From the NCBI RefSeq assembly GCF_964355755.1, contig NC_092677.1:27019175-27083174 (forward strand): a stretch of 64,000 bases of DNA, read 5' to 3'. Position numbers and translations under genes: made by a program. A model generated the notes under the pieces. The model was not told the DNA's origin and made no database searches. It worked only from the letters and a program-made list of their open reading frames with translations. This stretch comes from Antedon mediterranea (taxonomy: Eukaryota > Animalia > Echinodermata). Shown here in pieces: positions 12,901-27,900 of the stretch (the first letter of the stretch is position 1; every line of letters starts with the position of its first letter).

Positions 12901-15900
12901 GTAGTGAATGGAAATTCACATATTCCGCAGGAAAATGGTCGCTCTCCACTGTGAGTACGCATGTGACGTACCAAAGTACTTTTATCAGCACTAGCATAAG
13001 TACAAAGCATACATTGGTATGGAGTCAATCCCATATGATTTCGCATGTGAATCTTCAGCGTGCTTGCAAATGGAAAGACTTTATTACAATATTTGCATGT
13101 GTGTGTAGATTTCTTCTCTTCGTCGATTGATTCAGACAATTCCAATCGTTCACTTCCTGCTTCTTCTGGAATACCTTGCGGTTCTATAGCATTCCCTTCA
13201 TCACCCGTACTTGCAGTCATATTTGGTGACAAATCCATCACCTGAACTTCCTCCTTGGATTGCTCAACCTTAACTTTGATTTTCTGAAGTGGAGGTGGTG
13301 AAGGTGCCATCTTCAGTACCGGGAAGGCTTTCACAATATTGGTACTGATAGTAGACCCTTTCACTGGCGAAATCTTTGAAACTCCTGGCTGAGCGTATTT
13401 GAAAGATCGAACCGGGTACATTTGCACAGATCCCGTTTTTGCTTTTGAAGTCATTTCCATGGTATCCTTAGAAAAGTTGTGCCATTGGAGCGGCTTCTTT
13501 CGAGGTGAAGCTTGCATAAACTTGTTAGAAGTAGTTGTACTTTTTTTTGACGATGGTGCTGGATTTCCAATAAATTGTTTAACTTTGGATATAGTTGGCT
13601 GCAGAGAAAACAAAGCTAAAAATTTATTTTGTTCCGTATCTACATCGTGTGTTTTCACAAAAACGTCTCGCTGGTCTGCAGCATCGGTGAGGTTGTGAGT
13701 GTTGGCATGTAGTTCTAAAGCAGCTCTACACGGGAAAGCTTTGTCGCATTCTTTACATACAAATTTAATGCGTGAAGATCCGCATCTTCGAGCGTTTTCT
13801 TCACACCATTTCTGGGCAACCCTAGGAAAGCTTTTGGAAGAAAAATCAACATGTAAACAAGCTAGATCTTGAAAACCTGCTGGTAAAGACGTAGAAGCTT
13901 GCTTCATTACTTTCTCGTGAACCATTTGAAGGTGCACTCGTAAACCTTTGTGATTCTTAAAAACTGCAGAGCAAATAGAACATCGTAAAGACATGTGCGG
14001 GTGCATCTCCATATGAGTTAGAACCCCATACTTGCATAGAAATGTTTTATGACAAACTGGACAATTTAAATCGCCAGCTTGTAGAGAAATCTCGACTGTT
14101 TCTCTAGGAACACTCATAATTGGTTTTTGTTTCTTGATAGGTGACAATCCTTTCTTCTTTAGCGGCATGTAATCGTCATCTTGTTCTAAGAATCGTTTCG
14201 ATGGGACTCGTTTTCGTTGACGACCTTGACCTCCGGCTTGCAAAATGTTGATAGTAGCTGCCGCTGCTTCGTTCTCTTTCTCATGCGTACGCAAATGTCT
14301 GTTCATATTCCCGTTAGTCGTGAATGCCATCTTGCATATCGGACATTTAAACGGACGTTCACCCGAATGGACTAGCATGTGACGGTCTAAAGAGCTTTGA
14401 GAACTAAGGATGCGTCCGCACATGTTACAAGTGTGCATGTTGGAAGTGTTCGTTGAGTTGTGTTGGCGAATGTGAACAGTGAGCTCAGTTGCATTTGGTA
14501 AAAGTTCTCCGCAGACTTGACACGTCAGGTCAACAGGTTCACTGTATGGCACTCTCATTGGTTTTCTGCGTTTCATAGGTGGCTTAAAAAGAAAATCAAA
14601 TTTATTTTTAATTTCGTTTTTCTAAAAAAATGTATATGATTAAAATCACATATCAGGACTAATGATGGATTACTCTCATGATTTCATAGATGTCCATAGG
14701 TCAGAGGTCAGAAGACAATCCGAATCATGATACGGATCACCTGGTCAATTTATTTTTAATTTAAAAAACACATTTTAATATCAATACTTTAAGATTACCT
14801 GATTAACAGCTTGGGTCAAATCTCTGTCACCATCTTTAGATGAATGGACACTGCCCTCTATTTCACAATCATCTACGTCACTCGTACCATTAACCATGTC
14901 TTCACTGATTTTCCCATCATCAGAACCATTTAAAACAACGTCCGTAACATTATTTTTTTCTGAAATGTCTGCTTTTCCTTCCTGTGTTTTGTAAGACAAA
15001 TCTATGGATGTGTTATCATTTTGTTCCGATATAGTCTCTCCGTTTTCTATCTGTGCATCAGTTATCTTCTCCGTATTTACACTATCATCTTTTTTGTTCC
15101 TTTTTCTTTTCAACGCTGAATTTCTTCTGCGAACGTTCAAGTTTCTCTTCATTTTTACAGGTTTTGATTTACTTTTGCCATCATCAGTTTCTTCTATTTC
15201 ATCTAAAAAAAAATTGATAATTTAGTAATTAAAATGAATGTTTTAATATTTATTGAATTAAGATTTTAAGTGTCATAGGTCAAGTGTCAGCATTATGATC
15301 TAGTTCTCAAATGAATCAATCAACAAGTTAGGGGTTTGATGTTTTAGTTGAATTAAAAACTTATAATATTGAAACTTGGCTTTTGACCAATAGCAATACA
15401 GTACTGTAATTCCTGAGAGTATAGTATTGCAGGGTAAAAAATCAAAGGGTGGGATTTGGATTGCATTAACAATGAATTTACAAAATCTTGCATCCGAATT
15501 CAGCCTAAATTAGGGGGAGCTGGGATTATAATTGATCATGTATATGGTAATAAAGTGTCTTTAATGACTACTCTATAATTACAAACATTATGAGAATCAC
15601 AACATTTATGATAAACTATACAAACACTACACAATTCATGCTAACAAGAATAATGATGTTTTTTTAATGTCTACATTTTTCATATTTGGATGGATCATGC
15701 CACTTGGGTCAAAGGTTAAAGGTTGATTGATGTACTTCAGGAGTGTATGAACCAAGAGGCCTGGTGGGAGGAGTGACAGAGATAGCGAGTAATAATTAAT
15801 ACTGAATTATGGTACCTTGTATCGGCACGCCTAAAAACATGCTTTATGCAACAACAACAAAGAATACGTTGATATTAATTGATAACATATGAAAACATCT

Positions 15901-18900
15901 TACAATATTACGTATTTTATACAAATTAAATAAACTACAAATGAACTCATGCATACACACACAAGAATTGAACACAGAACTGGGACTAGGCAGTAAGCAT
16001 GCCAAGTGCTAAATTGAAAATAAGTCTAAACATTAAGTAGAAACTACTAACTATTGTCAAAATTAATTATTTACAAAAAGCAATTAGGGTGAACATGCTA
16101 CTACTAGATTCAAACTATGACACACAAAATGTAATAAATGTTGCAACCAAAATCATGAACTACACCGTAAACCAATAGAATATACTTACTAGCAGTTATC
16201 TGATAATATTACGGTGATAATATTAAGATAACTAGTTGCTATTATTAATAACACAACCTGGTAATCTTTGTAACCATCTGTTTGTAGTCTGTACTGGCAA
16301 AGGTACTAAGAATGAGAAGAGAATAGCTTACTACTAACAGTAGCACTAGTACCAGCAAGAAACTAAAAGGATGTTGGTTCTTGGCTACAGATAGGGTTAT
16401 TATCAACATCCTATGCTAAGACAGGATGTTGCTTATACATATTCAATAGCTAGTGTCTTCTTCCATTTATAACAACACTAATTGTAGATAAATTAGAATT
16501 CCTTATGGAATAATAATATAGAAATATCATCAGATGTAACAAACACCACTATACAGTTATTAACAGTGAGGATAAAAAACTATTTAAATTAAAACAAATG
16601 TTGATTTATAACATTATTATTCTTTTCTATTGTAGATAAATTAAAATTCCTTTATGGAATAATAATAATGAACTAGTATCAGATATAAAACACATTTAAC
16701 TAATTAAATTAAAACAAAATGATAATTTATAACAATATATACACCCATTACACACTTGTACTGATGAATGGCTGTGTTACCCGAAAGCTCTGCTAATTTT
16801 TCTGGCTGTTTTACTTTATCATTTTGATTTAGCTTTTTGCTTATTTCTCCATTGAGAATTGTCATTTTTTGTCAGTAATTTGCCTTTGGATTAATATATA
16901 CACCCATTTTATATTTTAATTTAATTATTCAATACAAATCATCCATTTTTTTCTCATCTCACAGACTCTGGGAGAGACTTGGTAACCTAACAACAAGAAG
17001 GCTTTTGTACATTCTGATGCAAAATGTAATTATCTATCTATTTGTATAAATAACAAGATCAATGAAACCAAGACAACTTAATGTATTAATAAAAGTTAGA
17101 TATCAATGATGCAGGTATCCATAGAGAATATTTCTATTACTTCCTCGTATCAGTTGGTATGAATTTTATAACGTTTGTAAAATGTTTAAATGTTACCCAA
17201 CATCATCTATGTGAAATGTGCGTTATAGATGGTACGTTCCCACCCTTTGACAGCTAAAATAAAATTATGATTTTGATAGTCTTTTAGACAGTTTTAAAAT
17301 TTATATTTTAGCGCTCCACCGTTAAAAAAAATCTTGGAGTTGGACCCGCCTTTGTAACTGGACATCAACTAAAAAACACATTAATTGAAAATATGTATTA
17401 TAGGAATATATATACACCCATTTTATATTTTAATTTAATCTCAATTATTTATGTTTTAACCTTTAAATGTGCTTACTTTAATTGTTTTAATTTGATTTTG
17501 ATAATTTTAGGTTTAATTTTATATTTTCTTTTGTCCATTTATAATACTGTATTTTGTTTACATTTATGTAGTTAAGAACTGAACCACTTTGGAAATCAGT
17601 ACATTGTATTGAAAGTGTATTTCAGAATAAAGAAAGATTAAATATATATAAATACATTGCCTGGCATGTGTTTTAAATGTATTTTAATATAATCTTGCCA
17701 AGACAATTTTCGTTATGTTTTTACAATTATGATGTGTAGAGTCAATAATAATAATAATGTCTATTGTACTGTATCCCTACAGTTGTAAGTAGAAGAATGT
17801 AGTTTACAGTAGGAGATTGTCATTTCCTGTCATCTCCAAATGTTTAAATCATGACAGGCCTGAAATGGCCGATTCTAAACATTATTACAACAAGACTTCC
17901 TCTCCCAGTGAAAACGCAACCTAGAGAGGTTGGACAGATTGTGGTGTGCAGGCAGGCAGCCTATATTTGCTTAAGCTCTATCCTTCATAAGGTTGACCCT
18001 TGAACTTATACATCTTTTGTAAAGATAAAAAATGATGGTTATTGCAGTCTAGTGCCTGATTACTGTAGCAGCATACTGTATATGATTTAAACACACTCAA
18101 GGCCTCCTACATCCTTTGAACTAACATACATTTCTTTCTCTTGATATAATTAATCCAAAACTAAATATGCAACAGGTAGATTATTGCCAGAGTCAAAATG
18201 TATTTTGTTTAGTAATTTTCTTTCTTATTTTATTATAGTCATCTAATATTTGATATTATCTCAAAATTATAAAATGGAGGATTATAAAAAGAGCATTTAC
18301 TGTCAACTTTATATATAAGTTGATTGAGGAAATTAAGAACAATTTTTAATTTGGAGATCTACTTTCTAAAATCTACTGTTAAGGAGGTTCACTAACAAAC
18401 AAAGTCCGTCCGACATGTATAGTATAGTACTGTATTCATTAAATTTTTTTTCAATTTATTCAATTTTAAAAACCAGAGACGGATCTGGGGCATAGAGGAT
18501 CTAGAGCATAGAGTTTGGAGCGCGAGTTTCTCCTTTGGATAGCTAGATTTAAAACATTATTGCTAATATTTTTCTGTAATGTTAGTGCTCCTAAACACGC
18601 CCCTGAAATCTTGTTTGAATTTCCAGAGCTCAGATTTTATCAATGGCAACATCTATAGAAAAGGTAACCTTTATACTTATAGTATTATTGTACAATGGCT
18701 AATACCAAATTAACCTCTGACCTCTTTATATTTTCAAGAGATCTGCTTCATCTAATCTGACATCCTGGAAACAAAATATTTGTTAGCAACACAAAGAGAT
18801 GAGACAAAAGTACAGTCTACTTCCTGTCACTCAAATTGAATCAGTGAATTATTGTATGCATGAACAGATATGGCCGCTAATATGCTCCTAGTTCAATAAA

Positions 18901-21900
18901 GTGTTTATCTATTTACTACAAAACTTTGATTGGGGACGGGAGAGTAGCAAGGGGACGGGAGAGTAGCAAGGGGACGGGAGAGTAGCAAGGGGACGGGAGA
19001 GTAGCAAGGGGACGGGAGAGTAGCAAGGGGACGGGAGAGTAGCAAGGGGACGGGAGAGTAGCAAGGGGACGGGAGAGTAGCAAGGGGACGGAAGAGTAGC
19101 AAGGGGGTAGGATAGTAGGAAGAGGTGTGCAGGGCATCATTTATAAGGAGCGCCTGCGCGACCGCGCTCCTCCGCGCTCCTCAACAGGCTTCGAGGAGAG
19201 CAATTTATCGCGCTCCTTAATTTTCAAAATAGAGCCTAGCTTTTGACAGTATTGATTTTTCTGTCAAGAGGCCTAAAAACACGTGGATTTTTAAAAGTTA
19301 AAACCAATCTAGGCCTAGGCTAATAATATATAAGCTAAGTTATAAAGCTACAAGCCTAATGGCAGTCCCTCGTTTTTAAGGATCGCGAGCGCGATCGCAA
19401 TCAACAACCTTCGAAAAGGAGAGCAATTAATCGCGCTCCATCTCACAGTGCGAGGGAGGTACCAACAAAGGGGATTCCCCTGCCTGCGCGCATTCAAGGG
19501 CGAGTTTACTTCATCGCCTCATAGTGCAACCAGTACGGTGTCATAGAAACACCTCCTTTACAGGAAGATCATGTCCCAACCAATAATTTTTCCCTTTATG
19601 TTTTTATGGAACGAGTTAATAAAATATATTTAATTTTAAAAGGAAACATTAATATAGGAGGCCTAAATATAATGTTTATTATTTAAAAAAGCTTAGCTGC
19701 TGGTTGCTTTAATTATGTCATTTTGAAGATGGATTATTTCTTCGAAAGTTCTAACCAATTTTGGTCACTCAAATCCTCCTCAAAACACGTGCTGATGTGT
19801 GACGTCAGCATCTTCTAGAAGCTCTCTCAGCCCTCCCCTATTGTGCGTGCGCCCATGTGTGACACATGTAAACACAATCAAATATCTTTCTTAATTATTT
19901 TAAAATGACACTTTGTAACTTATTATCAATATTTTAATGGCTGTTGCATGTTAGAATTGTATAATTTATGAATTGCAGGTAAATACTGTCTGATTTCTAG
20001 GCCAACAAGCTAGGCTAGAAAAGCTAGTCTAAAGGCATATAGTTGGCCAGGACAGGATTCTCCAGGCTCCTGAAACCCAATCTACCCAGGCAGGCCATAA
20101 CAAAAAAATTGGCTTGAGTTTTTTGTACTGTAGAATAATACGATCCCCACGGAAAATATTGTGTGTAAAGGTGGGTGTGGGGGATTTTAGGGGAGAGGTA
20201 CAGTATACATTTGTTGTGCCCGGGGGGGGGGGGGGGGTTATTCCCTGTCGGGCAAAAAAATGTGTACAAAAAATTAATAAGGGCCAGCCATTTTTAATAA
20301 GGGCGACCATCCTTCAACTTCAACATAAATATTTGAGGAGAGCGATTTAAAATTTTTGCAAGGAGAGCGAATTGCTCTCCTCGGTGATTTGAGGAGAGCG
20401 ATTTGTTGCTCTCCTGGGTTTTGCATACGTGATGCCCTGGGTGTGGGATAGTAGGGAGGTGTAGGATAGTAGGGAGGTGTAGGATAGTAGGGAGGGGGTG
20501 GTTTGGGAGAGAGAGAGAGAGAGACACTATATTAAAAATAATTCTTCTCATTGTTCATAAGTTTAATGTACAGCCTCCAGGGGCCGATCCTCTTTGAAAA
20601 GCTAAAATTAGATTACTACTTTTCGATATCTATTTTTAACAGACCATTAATATTATACGTTTAGCCATCTAAAGCTCTGTGTACACTATCAAACTAATTT
20701 GACAAAAAAAGTGTGATGTGCCCAAATATGGTAGTGATATGACATATCCATATATGGGCACATCACATTTTTATGTCACATAAAGTTGGATAGTGTAGAC
20801 AGAGCTTTACAAATAGGTCACATAAGAGCATGATTAGAGAAAGGGTATAAGTTGAAAGGAAACATTATGCTCAAAACTATTATTATCATGATTGGTAAGT
20901 CAATACAGCTTCCTATAATTAAGTAACATCTTAATATATATTAATGTATTGACTCATATTATAAAAGTATTTCCCTAATATACTAATAATGTAAAACACC
21001 ATAAAACAAATTAATCATATTATGTACACTACACTACACATCAACTTCCTTGTAATATGAAATTGTTCTGATGTCATACAACCTTTGAACTCTGATTTAC
21101 AACATCATTTGGGATGGAACCACAGCAGTGATTTTAAACCGCGATAGCAACGAGCGAGCAGCCATTCTGTGGCGTATACAATTCACCAGTTATGACTAGC
21201 TTCCTTTGCTGCGATGACTTAACAAAGAAGATGATACAATGCATAAGTACATCTGATAACCACACACTCCTCTCAAACAAACAAAGCATTCTTCTGATCT
21301 CCAACTTTGCTAGGATAATCCAGTTCAGGATGTAGTTGTTGTCCTCATTGGAATCAAGGGCGCTCATCCGTGTCCAAACACTTATCATCAAATTCCATTA
21401 CATATATAACACAAAATCAATAAAGGTACCAAAGTTTTAAAAACTATCAATATATTATGTAACTTTTTAAAAAGAAAAAACTATTAGAAAAGTCTATAGT
21501 TTTCAATCCGTAGTAATTATAGTTTAAAAATACTAAATTTTAATTTTAAAAACATAATCATTTAAAATCATGAAATATTTATAATGTACAATTTAATAGT
21601 GACTGCCGTTATAAGATTTGTCTAACTAGTACAAAGTGACTAAAGACAGAATAAGAACAGTGTCATTGACTAGACTTAGAATGAGTCACATTTTGATTAT
21701 CGTCGTCCACGCTTTAGACACTATACCCCTAAATATTTTGCAGTGACTAACGAATTATGAAATGCTTTAATTTGTCTTACAAGTTTAATTTTCACCATCT
21801 TTGGTGATGCGAAATTTAAAGTCGTATTGATGTTTATTTTTAAAACATTTCAATTAGGTAGAAGATGATGGGGAGTTGAAAGGGGAGGGGAGGTATTGCG

Positions 21901-24900
21901 CAAAAATCCTCAATATAAACATGTAGTACACTGTTTTTATCGAATGTATTATTTTGGAGGCCTAAAAGAAAATTCATCGTGCAAGAGGTCAGAAAAAAAT
22001 AATTATAAAGTATCGACTTGACCAAGCTGGACTAGACATAAATATATTGACCGAGCTGGACTAGACAGAAATATAAGCGGTTCTTAAAATATAAGCTTTA
22101 AACGGAAAGTAAATTACCAATTTGAAAACAAAGTTTCAACATAAAAACAACACAAAAAAACAAACATCACGCTTGTTGATTTCTCTGAATTGTGGCACTG
22201 TGAAGAAAGGAAAATTGCTCGGTGAACCATCAAAGGGTATTTTTATCAGGAACTTTTACGATAAAGTACTCATGTGTCGCAATACTAAAACGCGATGCAG
22301 ATCTGATAAAAGATGTACTTTATACCATGCACTTTACATGACTGTGAGCAAGCAAACATACTAAAATACCTCAAGTCAACATCAAACAAGTCAAGAATTC
22401 TATTGGTTGTATGATTGTGTACATCTAACAAGAGAATGGAAAATGGAACAAAAAAACAACCCAAATGCTTTTGCCTTTTTAGAAACCATTTTGAATATTG
22501 TCACGAACTCCTCTCACGTATGTTTCCGAGCGGTTGAAAATACTTTAGGAACTCCCTTGTGACATAAAAGTATACACACAAAATCCACAAAGTTGTAAAA
22601 TAACTCAAAAACAAAGCTTTAATTTCAATCAACTTCAACTTTTAACAATCCAGTAAGCACTTTAAACAACAGCTTCACAATAACTTTACAATATAACATC
22701 CAACCTCTAATCCAACCTCTAATCCAACCTCTAATCCAACCTCTAATCCAACAACCTTACAATAGTTTACATCCCTTTATATACAAGATGCTCCTATCCT
22801 TCTAGATCATTCTTTATACTTCTCATTATTACATGATTACAGTTTCTATTAATAGCACTTCTGGAATGTTCTTGATTGTTCTTATTAATTATATATGGTT
22901 TCTTAAATCAAAACATCTTATTCTAGAATGTTCATGTAAATACTATGTTACTCTATATGTTAGGGAATGGTAATTTATTACAATATCTATAATTAATTCC
23001 TTTTTATTATTTTATCACAGTTTATTACTTTCATCTTTCTTACAACAAAACTAACTTTTAACAAATATTTCAAACAAACATGTTCAAAAGTGAAGTTTCT
23101 AAATTATTCATCAGGAGCGGATTTAGGCGGGGGATAAACAGGCGCAAAATTTAACAGCCATGTCTTTTTAAAATAAAATGTTATTTTCTGCAACCCGACA
23201 GATCGTTTTTATCATTTATGAAATATTTATCCCCCTCCCCGCTAATCTATAATTCTGGATCCGCCCCTAATCATATAAAATAAAATATTTTTAATTTTGG
23301 TAAAAACAATTTTCTTTGTACAACCACCAGTTAAGTATGCTTTTTAATTAGACTAATACTTTAATAAGTGTTCTATCATCTGGCAACAAACAACAGAAAG
23401 CACAACAAGAGGAAGACAGACAAGAGCACTTTGTCAAATTAAATTTCCTACAATAAACCAACCTTAGCCAGTACTTCCTCTCTTGGTAACTTCCTCTGAT
23501 CTTTCTCCAAAATACCAATCAAACACCAACATCATTGTGTTGCATGCTTAAGCAACAACTTAATACATTTCAGTTATTCTCATTAAACTAAAGAAGTTCA
23601 AATATCGTCAAGGGGTTAAAAGTCCATGTTAAGTAATTGACATGAAAATGACTGACACTGTTTAAAAAACTATCATTACTATTATCTATTTTAAGAGTTT
23701 ATTTCTATTTGTACTTTTATTGTTTTATTAATTTGCTAATTAATTAGATATCTGTAGTATAGGGTAATGCGTTTAAGAGCTTCGGCTCATTGCATACCCG
23801 TTTTGTATCAAATACGTAAAAGGAAAAAACCTGTGGTACGTATAAGTACCGCGAATGATGATGATGATGAAAAATGGCCAAGTATCAAATTTTTTTTTTG
23901 CTCAATATAAAAAACAAACCAAAGTGTTTGATATTTTTTACCAGAAATATATATTTCACAGTTTAATTAAAAGTCAGACACTGAATGACCCGAGTGTCTT
24001 TGATCAAATTTTTTTTCCCAAATGAAAAATAGATCGTTCTCCTGAGAGGAAAAAGACAAACGTTGATAATTTAATGACTTGTCAAGGAGAAGATGGACCA
24101 GGGAAAATTACTTTGTAGAAGGAGAGGGGAAAAAAGACACAAAAACACAAAGTAAACTTGTTCTACTATACTTAAAGTCACTAAACCAATTTTTTTTCAA
24201 GTAAACTGTGCAATATGTAGGACCGGAGTACAGTAAGTAACAAGCTGTTCTAAAAACTATTTATCTTCTCAAAATATTTGTTCTTTTATTACAAATAATA
24301 ACAAAAAAGGTAAAGCTTTATGAGATTTTTGCAAAATAATCTGTGTCCCGATAATTATTATCATCCAACATTATTGAAAGTTAATAATTATTAAGAAAGT
24401 TATCGCCATATAATAATAGTCAAGTTAAATAAATTATTATTAATTACACACATTACTAACAAAATGGTATCGAGAATAAAATGCTGGTCTAAAAAAACAA
24501 GACACCGTTACCAGTAGCATGAGCAGATACAGAAAACTACAGATTGTATTAACAATGCATTGCAAATAACTATTAATAAGCATTTTTCATCTGGCCTTGA
24601 GAGTTTACAAAACACGTTCTTTTTCTTTTAGTTATTTTCATGAAGAGCATTTTGAATAAAATTCATAACTTTTTCTGGTTGAGTGAATCTTTTGGTATTT
24701 TTTTGTTTCCCCAAGAGGGAATATTTCACCATCTTTCTTGTACTGATAACCTTGCGCCTACCTTTTGTGTTTTTAACGATGAGATCGACAGGAAATCGTG
24801 TTTTAGCCGATTGGAGGACGTGTTTTAAATGGTTCCTGAAACTAATATGTACTTACAGTATTTTTCTTTGTCACCTACTTATTGTTTCCTTATAAAATGT

Positions 24901-27900
24901 AGTTTGTACAGGTATGACCAAACGCCTATCAATAGCTACATTCATTTTTATGTAGTTTAAAAATCTACTTTTATTTGGATTCTAATTTCACATTATTAAT
25001 TCAATTTCATACTAAGAATGTTATATTATTACCCTTTGCGGTTTAATCGTTTTTAATTAACAATTTGTAAAAAAATGTACAAAATATCATATTTACATAC
25101 TTTATCTATTATATAGATATAAAATTGTAGGAAATTGCTTTGAGGTTTTGGGTAAATGTTCTAAGAACAAATTTCATTACATTTTTGACAAAGTGATCAA
25201 AACAATTTATTTCAAATAAATTAATCAAATGAAGTAAAATAAAGACATTTGGGAAAAAATGATTCAATTTGTTTGTAAATTACGAACAACTCGCATCTTT
25301 AATTTTGACACTGTCCCAATCTTAAAAGTTTTTTTTCCATTTTTGTATGTATTTCTTTGTTAAAAATTATATAAATAAAACATGTAATATTTTAGATGTA
25401 TTATACAAAAATAAAGTTGACCATTGTTGAGCAGCGTGTTCTTCTCTCATACAATCAGACAAGCTGTCTAGACACGCATGAAAAACAAGTTACTATATCT
25501 TTACAAACCGACCAATAAGAAAGATGATGGTGGATGTTGAACGTAGTTTGCCAACTTCAACCTCCACTGTTCATAATTGGTCCATCTCGCCGCCGCCATC
25601 AGCAGCAGCCGATGCATTTCCTATGATCAAACATGACCTTTTCCTTTGGGTAAGCTGTATAGATGAGTTTACCAGTGGGGATGTGAGCTTTGCATCCCTC
25701 CAAATAAGGCAAGTGAGGAAGTGGGCTGACTCATGGCGGCCTACAACTGCACTCCAACTTGCTACAGCACTCATAGCTTGGAAGATGCTTTACTTTAATA
25801 ACTTTAATGTAATTTGATATCAAAATTATGTGTTAGATATTTATTATTAAGTTGCTATTAATTTTCTATAAATTGATTCTTGTTGTACTAAGATGGTTGG
25901 AAAACAAGGAGCTTCTTTTAATAAAACTAAGTTTTATTTACACCCAAAGGCAAATTACTGAAACAAATACAATATTGTGACTGTATGTTAATGAGATTCA
26001 ACACAATAAGCAGAAAAAGCTTAAAAGTCAAGTTAAACAGTCAGAAAGAATTTTTAAACTAAATGTTTAATGTGCCTATAATTTTGACTTCCAAATGTAT
26101 ATGAATTCTGATAATATTACAGTATTTTACTATGACATTATTGGGGCGATGAATAATACTTTTTTCCAGAACCCACTGCAATTATTTCACGCAATGTTAG
26201 CAACAGGCCACCACCAGGGTTGATTTATTTGAGATGACTGTGCTAAACTGCTTCTCATCAGCACCAGCATCTGATAGGAGCATTGCTAATAAGCCAGAAC
26301 TTTGAACTTGTATGGCCCTAACTCATAAGTAACTCATAAGTAAATCATTTACAGTTATCACAACATGGACTATTATTTGATGGCAACATCCAATTATCAT
26401 AAATCACACATCATGCACTTTTAAAAATCATCTATTTCAAATTAATTTATCCAATACTGTGCCCATATTTTGTTGTACTAAGAAGAGCAATTTGAGTTTT
26501 GATTTTTTCTCCTCCGCCTATATTTACCTATGGAAACAATGGATTGTCCTCAAACCACCATTTTCTCTCTTTTGATAAGTAAATGCTTTTGATACCACGA
26601 CTTAGATGAAGTCAAACCAGCCTAGCATATCCATCTTTAGACATTCTTCAATAGACTTGTATAAAAGAAATCAATGGTTTGATTGCGAGCTAATTTGCAT
26701 AGGATCAGTGAGGCCTGTTAAGCTACACAGCACAGCTAGGGTCAAGGCATTATGTTGGTACATAGTATACAAGTATGTCTATAGAAATGGGAACAATAGG
26801 AGGTGCAATGTAAGCTTACGCCTCATCAAAAAATACCCAGCCATGGTAACACAACCCACAAACCTCACATAGCTGATGTTTAATCATAAATACCTTTACT
26901 TTGCTGTCAGAAATGTGAAGTAGTGAAAAAATGCATATGTATAAATACATCTGTATATTATAATCATTAAAGAGTAAATTGGGGACCGATCAAGGTCATC
27001 CTATTTCTTTTTTTTTAGTATTAAACTATTATGTGGATTATTAAGCACAAAATTAATTAAGCTATACAAATTATTTACTAAATTTAATATGAAACAAAAT
27101 TGAAAAATAATTAATAAATATTGAGATGAGCAAAAATAATATTGTTAGGATTAATTTAAGTATGAACTTTAAAAGCTAAAAATGACACACAAAGATGATG
27201 ACTCATATAAGGGTACGGACAACACAGATAGTTTCAATAAGTAACAGCTTATTTTATCACATGAATACAGAATGATGTAAATTATGTTATATACATCACC
27301 AGCAGAGAACTCCATTATCGACAAAGTAAGTAAAAGCCCTCTCTAACTTAGCTTATCTACTTCCCCAGCTACAATGCTTTAGTATACGCGATAATTTTAG
27401 GTTTTCGAGGCTACCATTTCCGGATGAGATTTAACTCTAGTTGGACAACAAAATTGATAAATTTTTGAAGACAAAATGTGAAATTAATAATAGATTTAGA
27501 TAATATAATATACACTGTGGATGAAAGTGAAACTGTGTTCTTTTAAACGCTTTAATTACTATCGTCAAACTAAAGTCAAAGTACCAGCAGAGATTTTACT
27601 TCGATTGTGACCGCCATCTACAACTTACGTTTTTAGTTCTCTCATTATTGGCAAGGTTATTTAGCCTACGTAATGTGGCTTTTAAACCATCCACACTTCA
27701 CTTATCACGTTAACACACAAAATAGTACATTTACAACAGGAATAACCGGGAAATACATTCGTAAGCCTAGGCGATCTGAGTACAGTATATGTAGGCCACG
27801 AGTTTCATCGAACACTTTTTGGTCTCGACTCGGAAGAAAATCATGAGATCCGCTTCAAACAGGGACATTTTTAGTCAATAGATAACTCAAAGATGAACAG

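Noticed and set aside
11122-13698. Several plus-strand and alternate-frame ORFs overlapping RREB1
   Set aside because: Antisense shadows of a long coding exon with no recognisable motifs
18905-19140. Repetitive ORFs (PLATLPSPCYSPVPLLLSR)n
   Set aside because: Translation of the 19-bp minisatellite; no splice or start context
21134-21391. 85-aa minus-strand ORF in RREB1 intron 1 as an extra exon
   Set aside because: No clear splice sites in a compatible phase and no recognisable domain
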